Below, in pieces: positions 33,601-40,549 of a stretch of 64,000 nucleotides of DNA. Both the position numbers and the translations under genes were made by a program. Positions within the stretch are counted from its first letter, which is position 1. Each line of letters begins with the position of its first letter. The DNA is from an uncultured bacterium. Lineage in GTDB: Bacteria > Patescibacteriota > Minisyncoccia > Phycocordibacterales > Phycocordibacteraceae. Below the pieces are notes generated by a model. The model did no database searches. It saw only the letters and a list, made by a program, of their open reading frames with translations, and was not told the origin of the DNA. The stretch lies in assembly GCA_963851445.1 (NCBI GenBank), contig CAWKPH010000001.1:425363-489362 (forward strand), given 5' to 3'.

Positions 33601-35294
33601 TGGAAGGCGGGCCGATCAGCGTTGGCGATCGTATCGCGCTTTCCTCGACACCGGGCGTTGGCATGAAAGCAACACAATCAGCTGAAACTGTTGGTATTGC
33701 ACTCCAAAGTGCATCTGCTCCCGGTGAAATCGATGTCTTTGCAGAACCGCAATATTACTTCAATCCAGGCCAGCTTTCCCTCGATAGTACAGACGATGGA
33801 GTGACGATAGGCTCAGGAAGTAATTCATCAAACTCAAACAATCTCAAAGTAAATGGCAGTGCGATCGTAAATGGCAACACGAGCGCCAGTTCCTTCGAAG
33901 AAGCAAATGCAGGTGCTGCATTCACGAATGAGTTTGGTGATGTGACTCTCGGCTCAACAACTGCTTCGTCAGTGCTTAGTGCAGACGGTACCGGCGTTGA
34001 TGTTTACAAGCTCGCAACATTCACACTTACCGGTGTACAGCAGCTAGTTGCATCAACACAGACTCTCTCGGGTGAGATCAATAGTTTGGCTGCGCAGACT
34101 AGTGAACTTACGAACACAACGAACGAACTCTCGAGCACAACAATCGGTGTTTCGGCCCAGGTTGTAAGTCTTTCCGCACGGGTTTCGGCGCTCGAAGCCG
34201 CTGCAACGGCAAGCATGACCGAAGCAACTTCAACCGCACCAAGTTCTCTTCTTAGTACAACGACTGCCGCAGTCGAGGACGCATTGTCAGGGCTTGGCGC
34301 ACTTATCGGTAACGGGATAGCACAATTCGATACACTCGTAGTCCATAACCTCGTCTTTTCAAAGTCGAACGATGGTACTTCAGCAGCGGGCAGTGGTACG
34401 GTACTCGCAGGAAACACGGTTGCTGAGATCGATAATCCGAACATGACCACATCGTCAGAAGTCTCCATAACATTCACTGCACCAGTACAGGGAAGCTGGT
34501 ATGTTTCCGATAAGGAGAATGGTAAGTTTAAGATCACTCTCTCACAGGTACAGACACAAGATGTCACCTTCGACTACTTCATTGTTCAGACCGAGGGTCA
34601 GATGGCAACGTCGACTGCAGACACCACGGCTAGCGGTGGCTTCGCAGCGTGGCTCGCAAATTTGTTTGGTACTCCAACTACACCATCAACACCTCCTTCA
34701 TCAGATACCGCTTCTTCGACGGATTCCAGCAGTGGAAACAGCACGGGCTCGACTGATACGACGGCCTCCTCGACGCCACCAGGTAGCGGCGCAACAGCTT
34801 CGAGTACACCTTCAACGAGTAGCCCAACAATCGAACTCGTTGGTAACGCTGCGATCTCGCTCACCGTTGGCGATATCTTCACCGATCCAGGCGCCACGGC
34901 CCAGGATTCAAGTGGCAATGATATATCAAGCTCGATAACCGAAAGCGGTTCGGTAGATACGGGAACCCCAGGAATCTACACACTTGTATATAGTGTCACC
35001 GATAGTAGCGGACAAAGCACATCAGTATCGCGCGTCGTAACAGTTTCTCCGGCATATCAAGCGACGGGGGGTGGTTCAGGTAGCAGCTCCTCATCTTCTT
35101 CAGGAGCCACCAGCTCTGGCACTACTTCAGATACAAGTTCGGGATCTTCAGCCTCAGGTTCTTCTAGTTCAAGTTCGGATAGTGGTTCAAGTACCGATTC
35201 ATCTGGAAGCAGTACTGGCTCGAGCGCTCCCACAAGCAGTAGCTCAAGTAGTTCCAGTGGTTCAAGCTCTTCAGGAACTACGACGGGTCAGTAG
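21657..35294 (+). CDS. giant (about 4,545 aa) cell-surface repeat protein: HTH_17-like N-terminal module, single TM helix, huge extracellular part with YadA/Hep_Hag-like repeats, reiterated about 45-aa modules, DUF5011 Ig-like domain and poly-Ser tail
   Basis: Single uninterrupted ORF. Track start at 21615 is GTG; the first ATG (MNQISEKN) is at 21657. TM helix GITLVATLLLLVVGLSLSQV. Dozens of NTAIGY.AL..NT.G..N.A.G repeats. Five copies of GIGTTSPSTTFSNSGNEYIVGGLGVGSVNTTAGSIYA. LVGNAAISLTVGDIFTDPGATAQDSSGNDI...YTLVYSVTDSSGQSTSVSRVVTV matches the DUF5011 Ig-like fold. Confidence 0.8.
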   Translation: MNQISEKNLISTRQASKLSGYNSDYLSRMCREGKIEGTQIGRTWLLSQESLEDFVRKQSERRQEMRSSLSESREKEYYERNTSEITPLPNLVVQTTNSEKKQIVQFKWTDFQKSGITLVATLLLLVVGLSLSQVKAFTRIGSTVLTGTFQTHNGLHDIAATALSSAHESSAKEFAANISTERKAFTIFGFTASNSDELSVAKSFVTPLLPLALEETTSTKAISNLSPEPLSSSKAFVAMSASVMSLPSDMIAAVVPVAEFAITNPTIASRDVLGTGLLAYAESGVYVYTAIQGGLNSYLDAIQSTGNDALALGTMVSNIGSESPYFLAGNEIAIAETYSRDVHDMLNGYDNGIYAWVNESPRVALAISSGTYKVGNTLATIVGNAPATIVNGYQKSSENVGNLAYGTISSSHQVVHDTAKNLAVSVGAFASSTTQNVTLTGKGALQEAVGNTNVIGAGTAQLAADIASNTSNSLRVPVVHSANEVAAVVVPASFNDFGAQFAVFLHTGVQDLFNETNTLIALLLGSSNPRLAVVPTVLTIAEPTGSKSSYSTPEYIGNTVTSTSITSSVPSSSVANSTSQYETTPTYIIEQPITNINGVSQSYVDNAISNLRGFVTEDIEASMNGQGGGGGNSGGGSISSNGANLTNGTLSDFAIASSSFNGGIISSSSFSGGPISATILTAGTSTFTGPVTTNGNLNVGGTLTANILNVANLSSDAGLIAPYIDATSTTATSTFGGDVSIGGNLNVIGNTTLGLASFTNATGTNLNLATLTATNATVGSLNIGNLNGFLKATAGAISTSLINLTADVTGILPVGNGGTGSSSYSTNGVIYGNGTNALLTTGQGGANTVLIANNGAPSFSSAITVGTSVSSPIINATNSFEINGANINTAGVLSNVAYLNQANTYSQLQTYNDGISANAISTPSLTVGSLNGLLYGSSGVVAAASVSTPLTFTGGVLGIQQANLSQSGYLASVDFNTFNNKISSSSLSGGTGISYSPSTGVIANTGVVSLTGTTNQINVSASTGSITLSLPSQLTLANASTTNFSANTLAVGGTGTTSISSTGALTTPSLTIGSLGGLLYGNSGVVLSTATSSLAVGTGLTVSGGSLGYQVGGTNATIGLAAISQGFLGNIGSASAVPTVQASSTFFTGSTGQAAYFASSGGLVGTSTITIGTNSDVGIGTTSPGSLFSVGGNDLIGGNETVTGNVTFSGLGAGFVQSSASGLLSSAALTSGQVTTALGFTPFGGTNPLPIANGGTASTSAVTNGLTYFNGSALESDNTLTWNQIQLGMNTSPWFQTNGTTYLYASSTNFATVFGIEAGGAEATTTATSYAEVAIGYKALAANTTGNQDEGLGYGALESNTAGAGNTGIGYDALASNTVGGSNVAVGDDALGSGSVGASGNTAIGTSAGLTVTGSWNAALGLDAAENGVSANTAIGYLALGSGTGGFASSTAVGYQSLDSDTTGAGNVGIGYDSLFSNTTSASSTALGSYALFKNTAADNVAVGNGALYSNTTAIGNVAVGYRALFLNTTVASSTAIGSYALYNAAGAADNVAVGGGALFGGGGVSGNNVAVGYQALTAGTAADDDTAIGSGAETGGGTVNTAVGYDALQNNGGNDYNTAVGGQAFQNGTGSGNTVLGYEALSQAGGASFNTAIGYDALFYGALGPGNVGIGANVLQANGIGSGNTAIGFDAGFNSTAASSTLIGNNTGYNITTGNDDDLLGLQAGYNLTSGSDNIVIGDNSASTTNTGSGNITIGYDISGPQAANNGSNDLDIGNLIYGTGLGAQASTTSNGNIGIGTTTPSTTFSNSGNEYIVGGLGVGSVNTTAGSIYAVGTATVGNLINKGLTANDLIYTNGSDQETSASVSSPLTFSGGTLALGTVGQANGGTGYTTYNPGDILYANGSGNLQTLPVGSSGQVLEVAAGLPSWGTVTVNGGGSGDGIFATSTGIIYPLNTANTLIVGSNATSTKNSIFEVHGQEYISTNLGIGTTSPSTNLSVQGNELLSGNLTAANITATGTVTVGTLALTSALPISSGGTGTTTAPLGQLLYGGASAYQSVGTSSITSGAGISFTGTPGALVGGTPLTITNNGVLSLAQSYGSGQTGALTLATSSALSFNGLTLGQTITNTGGTFTFTPTLSGTLSNTGLTNSSITINTAAGLTGGGTVALGSTLTLNAVSTSGLGGWNYIPGGIYNSTSTDQVMIDESATTSNAALDVGGFINTDEYHGYEQGGNLLAYASSTTGVTIFGLGAGGTDAISTGLYNDNTAIGYEALNNNAGSGNNALGYQALYSNIGGGENVANGASALYDLQNGSYNLGEGYQAGLGLISGSRNVLIGPSTISASENQVTTGSDNISIGNDVAIASSTLSNQLDIGNEIYGTGLSGTGTTTSNGNIGIGTTSPSTTFSNSGNEYIVGGLGVGSVNTTAGSIYAVGTATVGNLINNGLTTSDLIYTNASDQETSVGTSSLAVGTGLTVSGGSLGYQVGGTSATIALASIPNGDVLANGTGASAAPTAVATSTLYGTGTGGQILAWNNGVPQWVGTSTIAGTNYFTNSGASTYLSTGYNLGIGTTTPFSSLSVSTTTASAGTYSLFAVASNTNATLFNVLGNGDVGIGTTSPSTTFSNSGNEYIVGGLGIGSVNTTAGSIYATGNATVGNLINNGLTTGDLIYTNGSDQETSASVSLPLTFTSGTLAINQAGSLSSGYLSSTNWNTFNNKQNAITPGTGLSFTGNTLNSIFTLSGNNIYNNSGTNLGIGTTSPGQTLGIQGNGLFAGNLQSTNLTATGTATVGNLINNGLTTSDLIYTNASDQETSVGTSSLAVGTGLTVSGGSLGYQVGGTSATIALASIPNGDVLANGTGASAAPTAVATSTLYGTGTGGQILAWNNGVPQWVGTTTAGTGLTYNQGSPGNFSVNTSQNISTLSNLTSNGFVITTGGTGALSIQASPITLAEGGTNATSFTTSGNAVYYNGTSLVTAPTNSAVTIPYASTTAFSAANGNISGTLGIGTTSPYAALSIFAGGNYAGLAPATLFAVGSSSAGNATSTLFNVLSSGNVGIGTTSPSTTFSNSGNEYIVGGLGVGSVNTTAGSIYATGNATVGNLINNGLTAGDLIYTNNSNQETSATVSLPLTFSAGGALAINQAGSLGSGYLSSTDWNTFNNKQNAITPGTGLSFSGNTLNNTGVTSIATGNGITGGTITTTGTIGLATINAGVLGAVTSGSVPTSQATSTLYGLGINGYVLSEVGGTPTWVATTTLSTISGTLNLSNQVSNTLGVGNGGTGNSSVADGALLFGGPTGGTTALTALATSTAGDFLQLSATTGRPNWAATLGIANGGTATATAVTNGVYYNNGSSAEADNTLTWNQIQLGMNTSPWFQTLGKTFVYASTTNQDTVLGLNAGGNNATTTATVENETAIGYGALESDTTSLGATAVGTGALNSDTSGNYETAVGYDALNNNTTGGGDSAFGYDALFTSANANSASDTAVGAFAGYKANEGTSGGSTFVGNGAAFNSTGGVNNDAFGYRALYKNAGNSSSTAIGSFALYNNTAADNVALGGGALFTNTTGSGETALGYQALNLSTGASNTAIGNSALLDNAAGASNTAIGFEAGQGLTTGSDNVAIGANTFASGNAAGAANDTAVGYQSQTDTYGEATGNTSLGWEALAAGNNANNTAIGSGAISFAGISKQPGPGNTAVGFDALYNAGNAASQTESSSTAVGGFAGYNLTSGSDDNLFGTAAGYSLTTGSNNIIMGDYTASTSDVAGSNNIYIGYDISGNGAPTDSSDNLDIGNLIYGTGLGAQASTTSTGSVGIGTTSPYATFSVFAGGNYAALAPATLFAVGSSSAGNATSTLFNVLSSGNVGIGTTSPESKLTVTGAACISTGNVGANACVNTPGNISYTTANTAGYDVAEDYGSVNASSTVPGTIVALDTQVAGESIETAMQGQTILGVVSTAPGMVLGGSHGGALKLYQVPVALSGRIPVNVDMEGGPISVGDRIALSSTPGVGMKATQSAETVGIALQSASAPGEIDVFAEPQYYFNPGQLSLDSTDDGVTIGSGSNSSNSNNLKVNGSAIVNGNTSASSFEEANAGAAFTNEFGDVTLGSTTASSVLSADGTGVDVYKLATFTLTGVQQLVASTQTLSGEINSLAAQTSELTNTTNELSSTTIGVSAQVVSLSARVSALEAAATASMTEATSTAPSSLLSTTTAAVEDALSGLGALIGNGIAQFDTLVVHNLVFSKSNDGTSAAGSGTVLAGNTVAEIDNPNMTTSSEVSITFTAPVQGSWYVSDKENGKFKITLSQVQTQDVTFDYFIVQTEGQMATSTADTTASGGFAAWLANLFGTPTTPSTPPSSDTASSTDSSSGNSTGSTDTTASSTPPGSGATASSTPSTSSPTIELVGNAAISLTVGDIFTDPGATAQDSSGNDISSSITESGSVDTGTPGIYTLVYSVTDSSGQSTSVSRVVTVSPAYQATGGGSGSSSSSSSGATSSGTTSDTSSGSSASGSSSSSSDSGSSTDSSGSSTGSSAPTSSSSSSSSGSSSSGTTTGQ
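28955..29282 (+). repeat. 328-bp exact intragenic repeat, copy 1 (inside giant gene)
   Basis: Identical by eye to 30008..30334. Encodes TATVGNLINNGLTTSDLIYTNASDQETSVGTSSLAVGTGLTVSGGSLGYQVGG...GVPQWVGT. Confidence 0.85.
30008..30334 (+). repeat. 327-bp exact intragenic repeat, copy 2
   Basis: Identical to 28955..29282, 1,053 bp downstream. A further about 115-bp identical pair lies at 27072..27186 and 28869..28983. Confidence 0.85.
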
Positions 35295-35368
35295 TGGGGA
35301 TTGCTAGCAACTGACGCGTGATAAACTGAGGGAATCGCTCTCACTAATAGCCGGTAACTCACTATTTT

Positions 35369-36472
35369 ATGAAACCAGTTCGCATCGCCATCAATGGATT
35401 CGGTCGCATCGGTCGCGCATTCGTTCGCCAGACCTGGAACAGGGAAGACGTCGAGATTGTAGCAATCAATGACCTCGGTTCTCTTGAAGATCTCGCCTAT
35501 CTTTTGAAATACGACTCCGTATATAGGAATGCCCCCTTCACGATCGAACAAAAGGCAAATGACAACGGCATCGGCGGTACCCTCATGATAAATGGTAAGG
35601 AGGTGAAATTTCTCCAAGAAAAGGATGCCGCTACTCTTCCTTGGAAGGATCTTGATATCGATGTTGTCGTTGAGTGCACGGGTGTCTATGATGAATACGA
35701 TAAGGCGCATGCACATATTGATGCCGGTGCTAAACACGTAGTTATTTCGGCACCTGCAAAGGGTGAAGATAGGGAAGGGGTTGGTGCGACCGTTCTCATG
35801 GGTGTGAACGCGCAAAAGGTCAAGGAAAGTCCAGTGACCTCAAATGCATCTTGTACGACGAATGCCTCAAGCCCTGTCATTGCGATCATGGACGAGACCA
35901 TAGGCATTGAGCTGGCACTCCTTAATACAACCCATGCATATACCGCAACACAACTTATCGTTGACGGTCCAGTGAAGGGGAGCGATTTGCGCCGCGGTAG
36001 AGCTGCAGCACAGAATATCGTGCCAAGTTCAACGGGGGCTGCGATTGCGGTGACGAGAGCTTACACGCAACTCGTGGATAAATTCGATGGCATCTCTCTA
36101 CGCGTCCCCGTCTCAGCAGGTTCTATGGCTGACATTACCTTTATTGCAAAACGTGAGACGAACGTCGAAGAGGTCAACAGCCTGCTTCGCGCTGCGGCCA
36201 AAGATGCTCGCTGGCAGGGTATATTCCGTGTTTCCGAAGACCCTCTCTGTTCAAGCGATATTATTGGCGATATACATGCCTCAATCGCAGAACTCTCAAT
36301 GACTCGCGTCGTTGGGGGCAAATTGGTAAAAGTTATGGCCTGGTACGACAATGAATACGGGTACACCAATACGTTAGTGCAGCACGTCATTCTGGCCGGT
36401 GCGGCCATCGACGGACCCGAGGCATTCGCAGCAGCGCAAGCAAATCGCCAAGCTGGAGGCCTCAAAAGGTAA
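35369..36472 (+). CDS. gap: type I glyceraldehyde-3-phosphate dehydrogenase
   Basis: INGFGRIGR N-terminus and ASCTTNASSP catalytic Cys motif; full-length colinearity with GAPDH. Confidence 0.9.
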   Translation: MKPVRIAINGFGRIGRAFVRQTWNREDVEIVAINDLGSLEDLAYLLKYDSVYRNAPFTIEQKANDNGIGGTLMINGKEVKFLQEKDAATLPWKDLDIDVVVECTGVYDEYDKAHAHIDAGAKHVVISAPAKGEDREGVGATVLMGVNAQKVKESPVTSNASCTTNASSPVIAIMDETIGIELALLNTTHAYTATQLIVDGPVKGSDLRRGRAAAQNIVPSSTGAAIAVTRAYTQLVDKFDGISLRVPVSAGSMADITFIAKRETNVEEVNSLLRAAAKDARWQGIFRVSEDPLCSSDIIGDIHASIAELSMTRVVGGKLVKVMAWYDNEYGYTNTLVQHVILAGAAIDGPEAFAAAQANRQAGGLKR

Positions 36473-36499
36473 GTAGGCTAAACATCACAATTTAAAGAG

Positions 36500-36532
36500 A
36501 AAAGGCTCCGCCAAAAGCGGGGCCTTTTCTAT
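36500..36532 (+). terminator. rho-independent terminator after gap
   Basis: aaaaggctccgcc-aaaa-gcggggcctttt hairpin (one G.U pair) followed by TTCT. Confidence 0.55.
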
Positions 36533-36582
36533 TGGTCCCGCAGCTCACCAAAGGTCGAAATTATTAGCCAACAAAACTGATT

Positions 36583-37017
36583 ATGGAGTCACAAATTAAG
36601 TTCGTGAAAGCAAGGCGAGCAGACGTAAAGGGATCAGGCGGCCGAGGCACCATGCTGGCCGACTACGACACGCTAGTCAAAGCGTTCGGGAAACCTCACG
36701 ACTGCACCAAAGAAGGGCCGTGGCGATCCGGAGACGGAAAGGTCAGAGCCGAGTGGGCCTTCAAGGCCTTCTACCAAGGCAAGCTGATCGTCCTCACTAT
36801 CTACGACTACAAGGAATACGACAGGCCTGTGGATAACGTGACGGAGTGGAGCATGGGACTCAAAGGCGACATTCAAGTAGCCGCTGGGTTTCTAGCATCA
36901 AAGCTCGGCCAACACTGCTTCAGGACACACAAGATCGTCCTTGTAGAAAAGCGCCTCGCCCAAGGCAGCACGATCATGATGAGTGCCGAAGCTGTGTCGA
37001 AAGCATTCGACGACTGA
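36583..37017 (+). CDS. hypothetical phage protein
   Basis: 144-aa ORF, first gene of the element. No recognisable motif. Confidence 0.4.
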   Translation: MESQIKFVKARRADVKGSGGRGTMLADYDTLVKAFGKPHDCTKEGPWRSGDGKVRAEWAFKAFYQGKLIVLTIYDYKEYDRPVDNVTEWSMGLKGDIQVAAGFLASKLGQHCFRTHKIVLVEKRLAQGSTIMMSAEAVSKAFDD

Positions 37018-37060
37018 ATCCAGATCATTGTCCCGAAAGGGATCGGCCCGACGGGGCCTG

Positions 37061-37381
37061 ATGCTAGCAATGACTTACATCCTTAGAAACAAGCGAATCG
37101 TTACCTACCGACGATATGGCATCCCCGCCATCATCCTCGAGGGCAAATGGCTCACCGCCTTATATCGATTGAACATTGGCGATGTCGTCGATATCGATCA
37201 CCAAAAGAAAGAAATCCGCCTAAGCAAGAATGTTCCGCTCAGCAAGGAGAGGCAGAAACGCCTCAAAGAGCGAGAGGAGCTTCGACAGCAGCGAATCAAA
37301 GAATTACGCAACCAACATGACCAAACAGCAAACACAAATGAGAGCTTTGGCGCGAGAAGCCCTGAAGCTGGTCAAGGATAA
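37061..37381 (+). CDS. SymE-like / AbrB-fold (swapped-hairpin) protein
   Basis: RIVTYRRYGIPAIILEGKWLTALYRLNIGDVVDID resembles the SymE/SpoVT-AbrB signature (...G.P.i.L.GkWL...GF..G..V.V). Lys/Arg-rich C-terminal tail. Confidence 0.4.
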   Translation: MLAMTYILRNKRIVTYRRYGIPAIILEGKWLTALYRLNIGDVVDIDHQKKEIRLSKNVPLSKERQKRLKEREELRQQRIKELRNQHDQTANTNESFGARSPEAGQG

Positions 37382-37613
37382 AGCCCCGGCAAATGTCGAG
37401 GAAATGATCCTCCCTCAACTGCTCGACGATATCGCGGAATACACCGGCGACATCATGGGCAAACTGACCAACCTAGATGCGGAGAATGACAAAGCCATCA
37501 CGATGGCCCACGGAATCATCCGCGACGGATTGTTCGACGAAATCCTCAGCCAGATCAAAGCGGTCAGGCTGAAGGAAGCAGACAAGAGAATTACTAAATT
37601 ATTCAAAAAATAA
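37317..37613 (+). CDS. hypothetical phage protein
   Basis: ATG inside the end of the upstream gene (overlap). Helical, charged 98-aa product. Confidence 0.35.
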   Translation: MTKQQTQMRALAREALKLVKDKAPANVEEMILPQLLDDIAEYTGDIMGKLTNLDAENDKAITMAHGIIRDGLFDEILSQIKAVRLKEADKRITKLFKK

Positions 37614-37688
37614 AAGACCCCCGACGAGGGAGTCCCTTAACAACAGATACATCGTATCAAAGGTCCCTTCGTCGAGTCAAGCAAAAAC

Positions 37689-38855
37689 ATGCAAACACTA
37701 GAACGAAGCATGGTGCAACCGAAGACCGAGGAAAATTTCTTCACGGCGATCGGTAACACCAAACCCTACTTCAAAGCAGCCTTTGAAGGAGAACCCGGCA
37801 CCGGCAAGAGCTGGAGCGCCGCATTAGTAGCAATCGGTCTTCACAAGAAGATCAACAGCAAGAAGCCCATTGTGCTCATCGACACCGAGAAAGCCGCAAA
37901 GTTTCTGGTCCCGCTCTTCCGAGAGCATGGGATCGAAGCGATGGTGCGCGAAACGCACTCGCTCGCTGACTTGGTAAAGGCGATGAACCTCTGCGCGGAA
38001 GGATATTCGGACATCGTAGTGATCGACAGTATCACTCACATCTGGATGGACTTCCAAGAGGCTTATAAGCGCAAGCTCAACCGCCAAACCTTCCAGATTC
38101 AAGACTGGATGGCGATCAAGTCCGATTGGAACCGCAACTTCTCGATCCCGATGGTCCAGTCGCCACTTCACATCATTGCAACCGGCCGCGTGTCGGATCG
38201 CATGGAGCAGGAAGTGGACGAGGATGGCCGCAAGGAATTTACCAAGACCGGAGTGAAGATGCAGGCCGAGAAAAACGCCGCATACGAATTCGATGTCTTG
38301 GTCCTTATGGAACGCCATGAACTTATCACTCGAGCAAAACGAGAAGTATGGCGACAGGCAACTGTCCTCAAAGGCCGCGGCAATCTCCTCGACGGAAAGG
38401 TCTTCAAGAACCCGACCTACGAGGACTTCGCACCGGCAATCGAGGCGGTCATTAAGGACCCTGTAGCGGCGCGATTTAGCCCTACGGAGCGCGATGCAGG
38501 AGAGCTGATCCGCACCGAGGAAGACAAGCGCAAGTGGATAAACGAACGGAAGCGATGGCTTGAGGAGATCGAGGGTTACCTCGTCTCGATCTGGCCAAGC
38601 ACCGGCGCACAGGAAAAGAAGAACAAGACTGATGCGCTCGAGTACGCCTTCCAGACCCGAAGCTGGTCCGCAATCGAAGGAATGCGACCAGACGTGCTCG
38701 AGGCGGGATTTGCCCGAGTGCAGGAATTCGCTCAGAAGAAGATCGCCGAATTGAAAAGCGAGCTTCCGTCAGAGCCGGTCCCAGAAGGAGAAAGAGAGAC
38801 AAAGGTCGAAAAACCAAAGAAGCCTGCAAAGGCTACAGCCAAAAGTGGCAAGTAG
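37689..38855 (+). CDS. Sak4-like phage AAA_24 ATPase (RecA-fold recombination/replication protein)
   Basis: Walker A GEPGTGKSW, Walker B IVVIDSITH, phage AAA_24-like layout with a charged C-terminal tail. Confidence 0.55.
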   Translation: MQTLERSMVQPKTEENFFTAIGNTKPYFKAAFEGEPGTGKSWSAALVAIGLHKKINSKKPIVLIDTEKAAKFLVPLFREHGIEAMVRETHSLADLVKAMNLCAEGYSDIVVIDSITHIWMDFQEAYKRKLNRQTFQIQDWMAIKSDWNRNFSIPMVQSPLHIIATGRVSDRMEQEVDEDGRKEFTKTGVKMQAEKNAAYEFDVLVLMERHELITRAKREVWRQATVLKGRGNLLDGKVFKNPTYEDFAPAIEAVIKDPVAARFSPTERDAGELIRTEEDKRKWINERKRWLEEIEGYLVSIWPSTGAQEKKNKTDALEYAFQTRSWSAIEGMRPDVLEAGFARVQEFAQKKIAELKSELPSEPVPEGERETKVEKPKKPAKATAKSGK

Positions 38856-38963
38856 AAATTAAGTAGCTTGGCCACTGACTCAGCCCTGATCCAGTGGCAT
38901 GAGGGCTGAGATCGGGGGCTAAGCCCCCGCACCTAACCACGGAGAAGAAACATCGAGCAATCG

Positions 38964-39530
38964 ATGCTTCTCTCTCTTCAAAAAACTATGGACGAACACA
39001 AACCAACTCCTTTGATACCCAACAGCACGCAGATGCCCAACCTTATCCTCGACAAGGTTATTCCTCTCATTCCGGAATCGGAAGCCCGATGCCTGCTTTA
39101 CATATGCCGACGCACTTTCGGATTTCACAAGGAGTCCGATCGCATCAGCTTCTCGCAATTCATGGATGGAATAAAAGACCGCAGAGGGAATGTCCTCGAT
39201 TACGGCGCGGGGCTTGCTCGAGCTTCAGTCTCCAAAGCACTCAGGCATCTCATGCAGGCGGGGGCGATTTTAGTACGAAAGTCAGGCAAGGGAAATTACT
39301 ACCAAATCAACCTGCATATGGATGTGGATAAGGTGGTTCAAATTGTGAACCAGTTCAATATTCGAACCAAAAGCGGTTCAAAATCTGAACCAAAACTGGT
39401 TCAAAGATTGAACACACAAAATCTAGGAAAAAAAGAGAAACCTAGTATTAGGGACCCTGTGGATAACTTTTCAACAGAAATGCGAGAGCTGACTCAGAAG
39501 ATGACCATTAACAGATTTAAACACCACTAA
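38964..39530 (+). CDS. putative phage replication initiator / winged-helix DNA-binding protein
   Basis: LLYICRRTFGFHKESDRISFSQFMDG...SVSKALRHLMQAGAILVRK resembles the replisome-organiser N-terminal wH domain. Position between ATPase and RusA. Confidence 0.4.
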   Translation: MLLSLQKTMDEHKPTPLIPNSTQMPNLILDKVIPLIPESEARCLLYICRRTFGFHKESDRISFSQFMDGIKDRRGNVLDYGAGLARASVSKALRHLMQAGAILVRKSGKGNYYQINLHMDVDKVVQIVNQFNIRTKSGSKSEPKLVQRLNTQNLGKKEKPSIRDPVDNFSTEMRELTQKMTINRFKHH

Positions 39531-39532
39531 AA

Positions 39533-39943
39533 ATGACCAAGACAATCACATTCACCATTAAGGGAAATCCGGAAGACCTCGAAGGCAATCCGGTCCCTTA
39601 CGTTCGCGTCGTCGGCCGAGCACTCTGGCTCCCCAACGCAAAGAGATACCACGCATGGAAGGAATATGCCCGAAGCGTCCTGTACCGGAATTACCCGGAG
39701 TACTCGGGGAGATCAGAAAATCCGCAGCCATTCACTACGAAGGCCTCCGAAAAGGGAAGAATGGACATCAAGATTTTCTGGGTGAACGGCATCCACGCCG
39801 ATCCCGACAACGTCTTCAAGGGTCTCGCCGATGCATTGTTCAAGAATGACAAGTATCTCGACGGCAGCTTTGAATCTCGCTACGCCCCCGATGGTCGAGG
39901 AAGGGTCGATGTCTCCATCACGCTTTATGAACAAGCACAGTAA
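39533..39943 (+). CDS. rusA: RusA-family Holliday junction resolvase
   Basis: ITFTIKGNP...DPDNVFKGLADALFKNDKYLDGSF...GRGRVDVSITL matches the RusA catalytic Asp motifs and length. Confidence 0.6.
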   Translation: MTKTITFTIKGNPEDLEGNPVPYVRVVGRALWLPNAKRYHAWKEYARSVLYRNYPEYSGRSENPQPFTTKASEKGRMDIKIFWVNGIHADPDNVFKGLADALFKNDKYLDGSFESRYAPDGRGRVDVSITLYEQAQ

Positions 39944-40337
39944 TCCCCGCTACAAGCTGACTGAAACGGAGATCGCTGATGCGAAGGCTCGATTCGAGGA
40001 CTTAGGCTGGAAGATCATCTGGCTTTCTCTCTTCTTCAACGTTGATCACAAGTCGGTCCGCTTCCATATACACATAAACGGCTGGATGAGAAAGGTAAAG
40101 GTGGCCAAGAAGATGCCGGAAGAAATCGCCGCGATATACCGCCAGCTCCGCAGAGAAAAGTACCTCGAGAAGATGAAAGGGTCCTACGAATTCATCAATG
40201 AACTGCGAGGCAAAGAAGGCTCGAGTCCTGCGAGCATCCGCGATGGATCAAGCGGTGCAGCCTCTGCGGCGAAATACTCGCCTCGGATGCGATCGATCAC
40301 CATCCCATCGGCACCTGCCCGCAAAAGTCAGAAGTAG
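39927..40337 (+). CDS. hypothetical phage protein
   Basis: ATGA overlap with rusA stop. No recognised motif. Confidence 0.35.
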   Translation: MNKHSNPRYKLTETEIADAKARFEDLGWKIIWLSLFFNVDHKSVRFHIHINGWMRKVKVAKKMPEEIAAIYRQLRREKYLEKMKGSYEFINELRGKEGSSPASIRDGSSGAASAAKYSPRMRSITIPSAPARKSQK

Positions 40338-40549
40338 CAGCATAAATAATTAAAAACCATGTCACAAGAAAAAATACAGGTCCCAAAATTGAAATCAAGC
40401 AAGAGAAGAACCCGCTCAACCTGTCGGCACGCTTCCTTGCAGCCCGACCTGATCTGGTAGGTGCGTGGATTATCGGCGCACACGGCCTGCTTCCCATCTT
40501 CAAGTCGGAGCATAAGCCGGCGATCATTGCCTACCTTGAAACGATCGAG

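Noticed and set aside
36533-36582. tRNA 3'-fragment-like sequence (ggtcgaaatt) at the left phage junction as a possible attL
   Set aside because: No acceptor stem or CCA context, no proper T-arm. The resemblance to GGTTCGAATCC is too weak. No tRNA gene found anywhere in the window.
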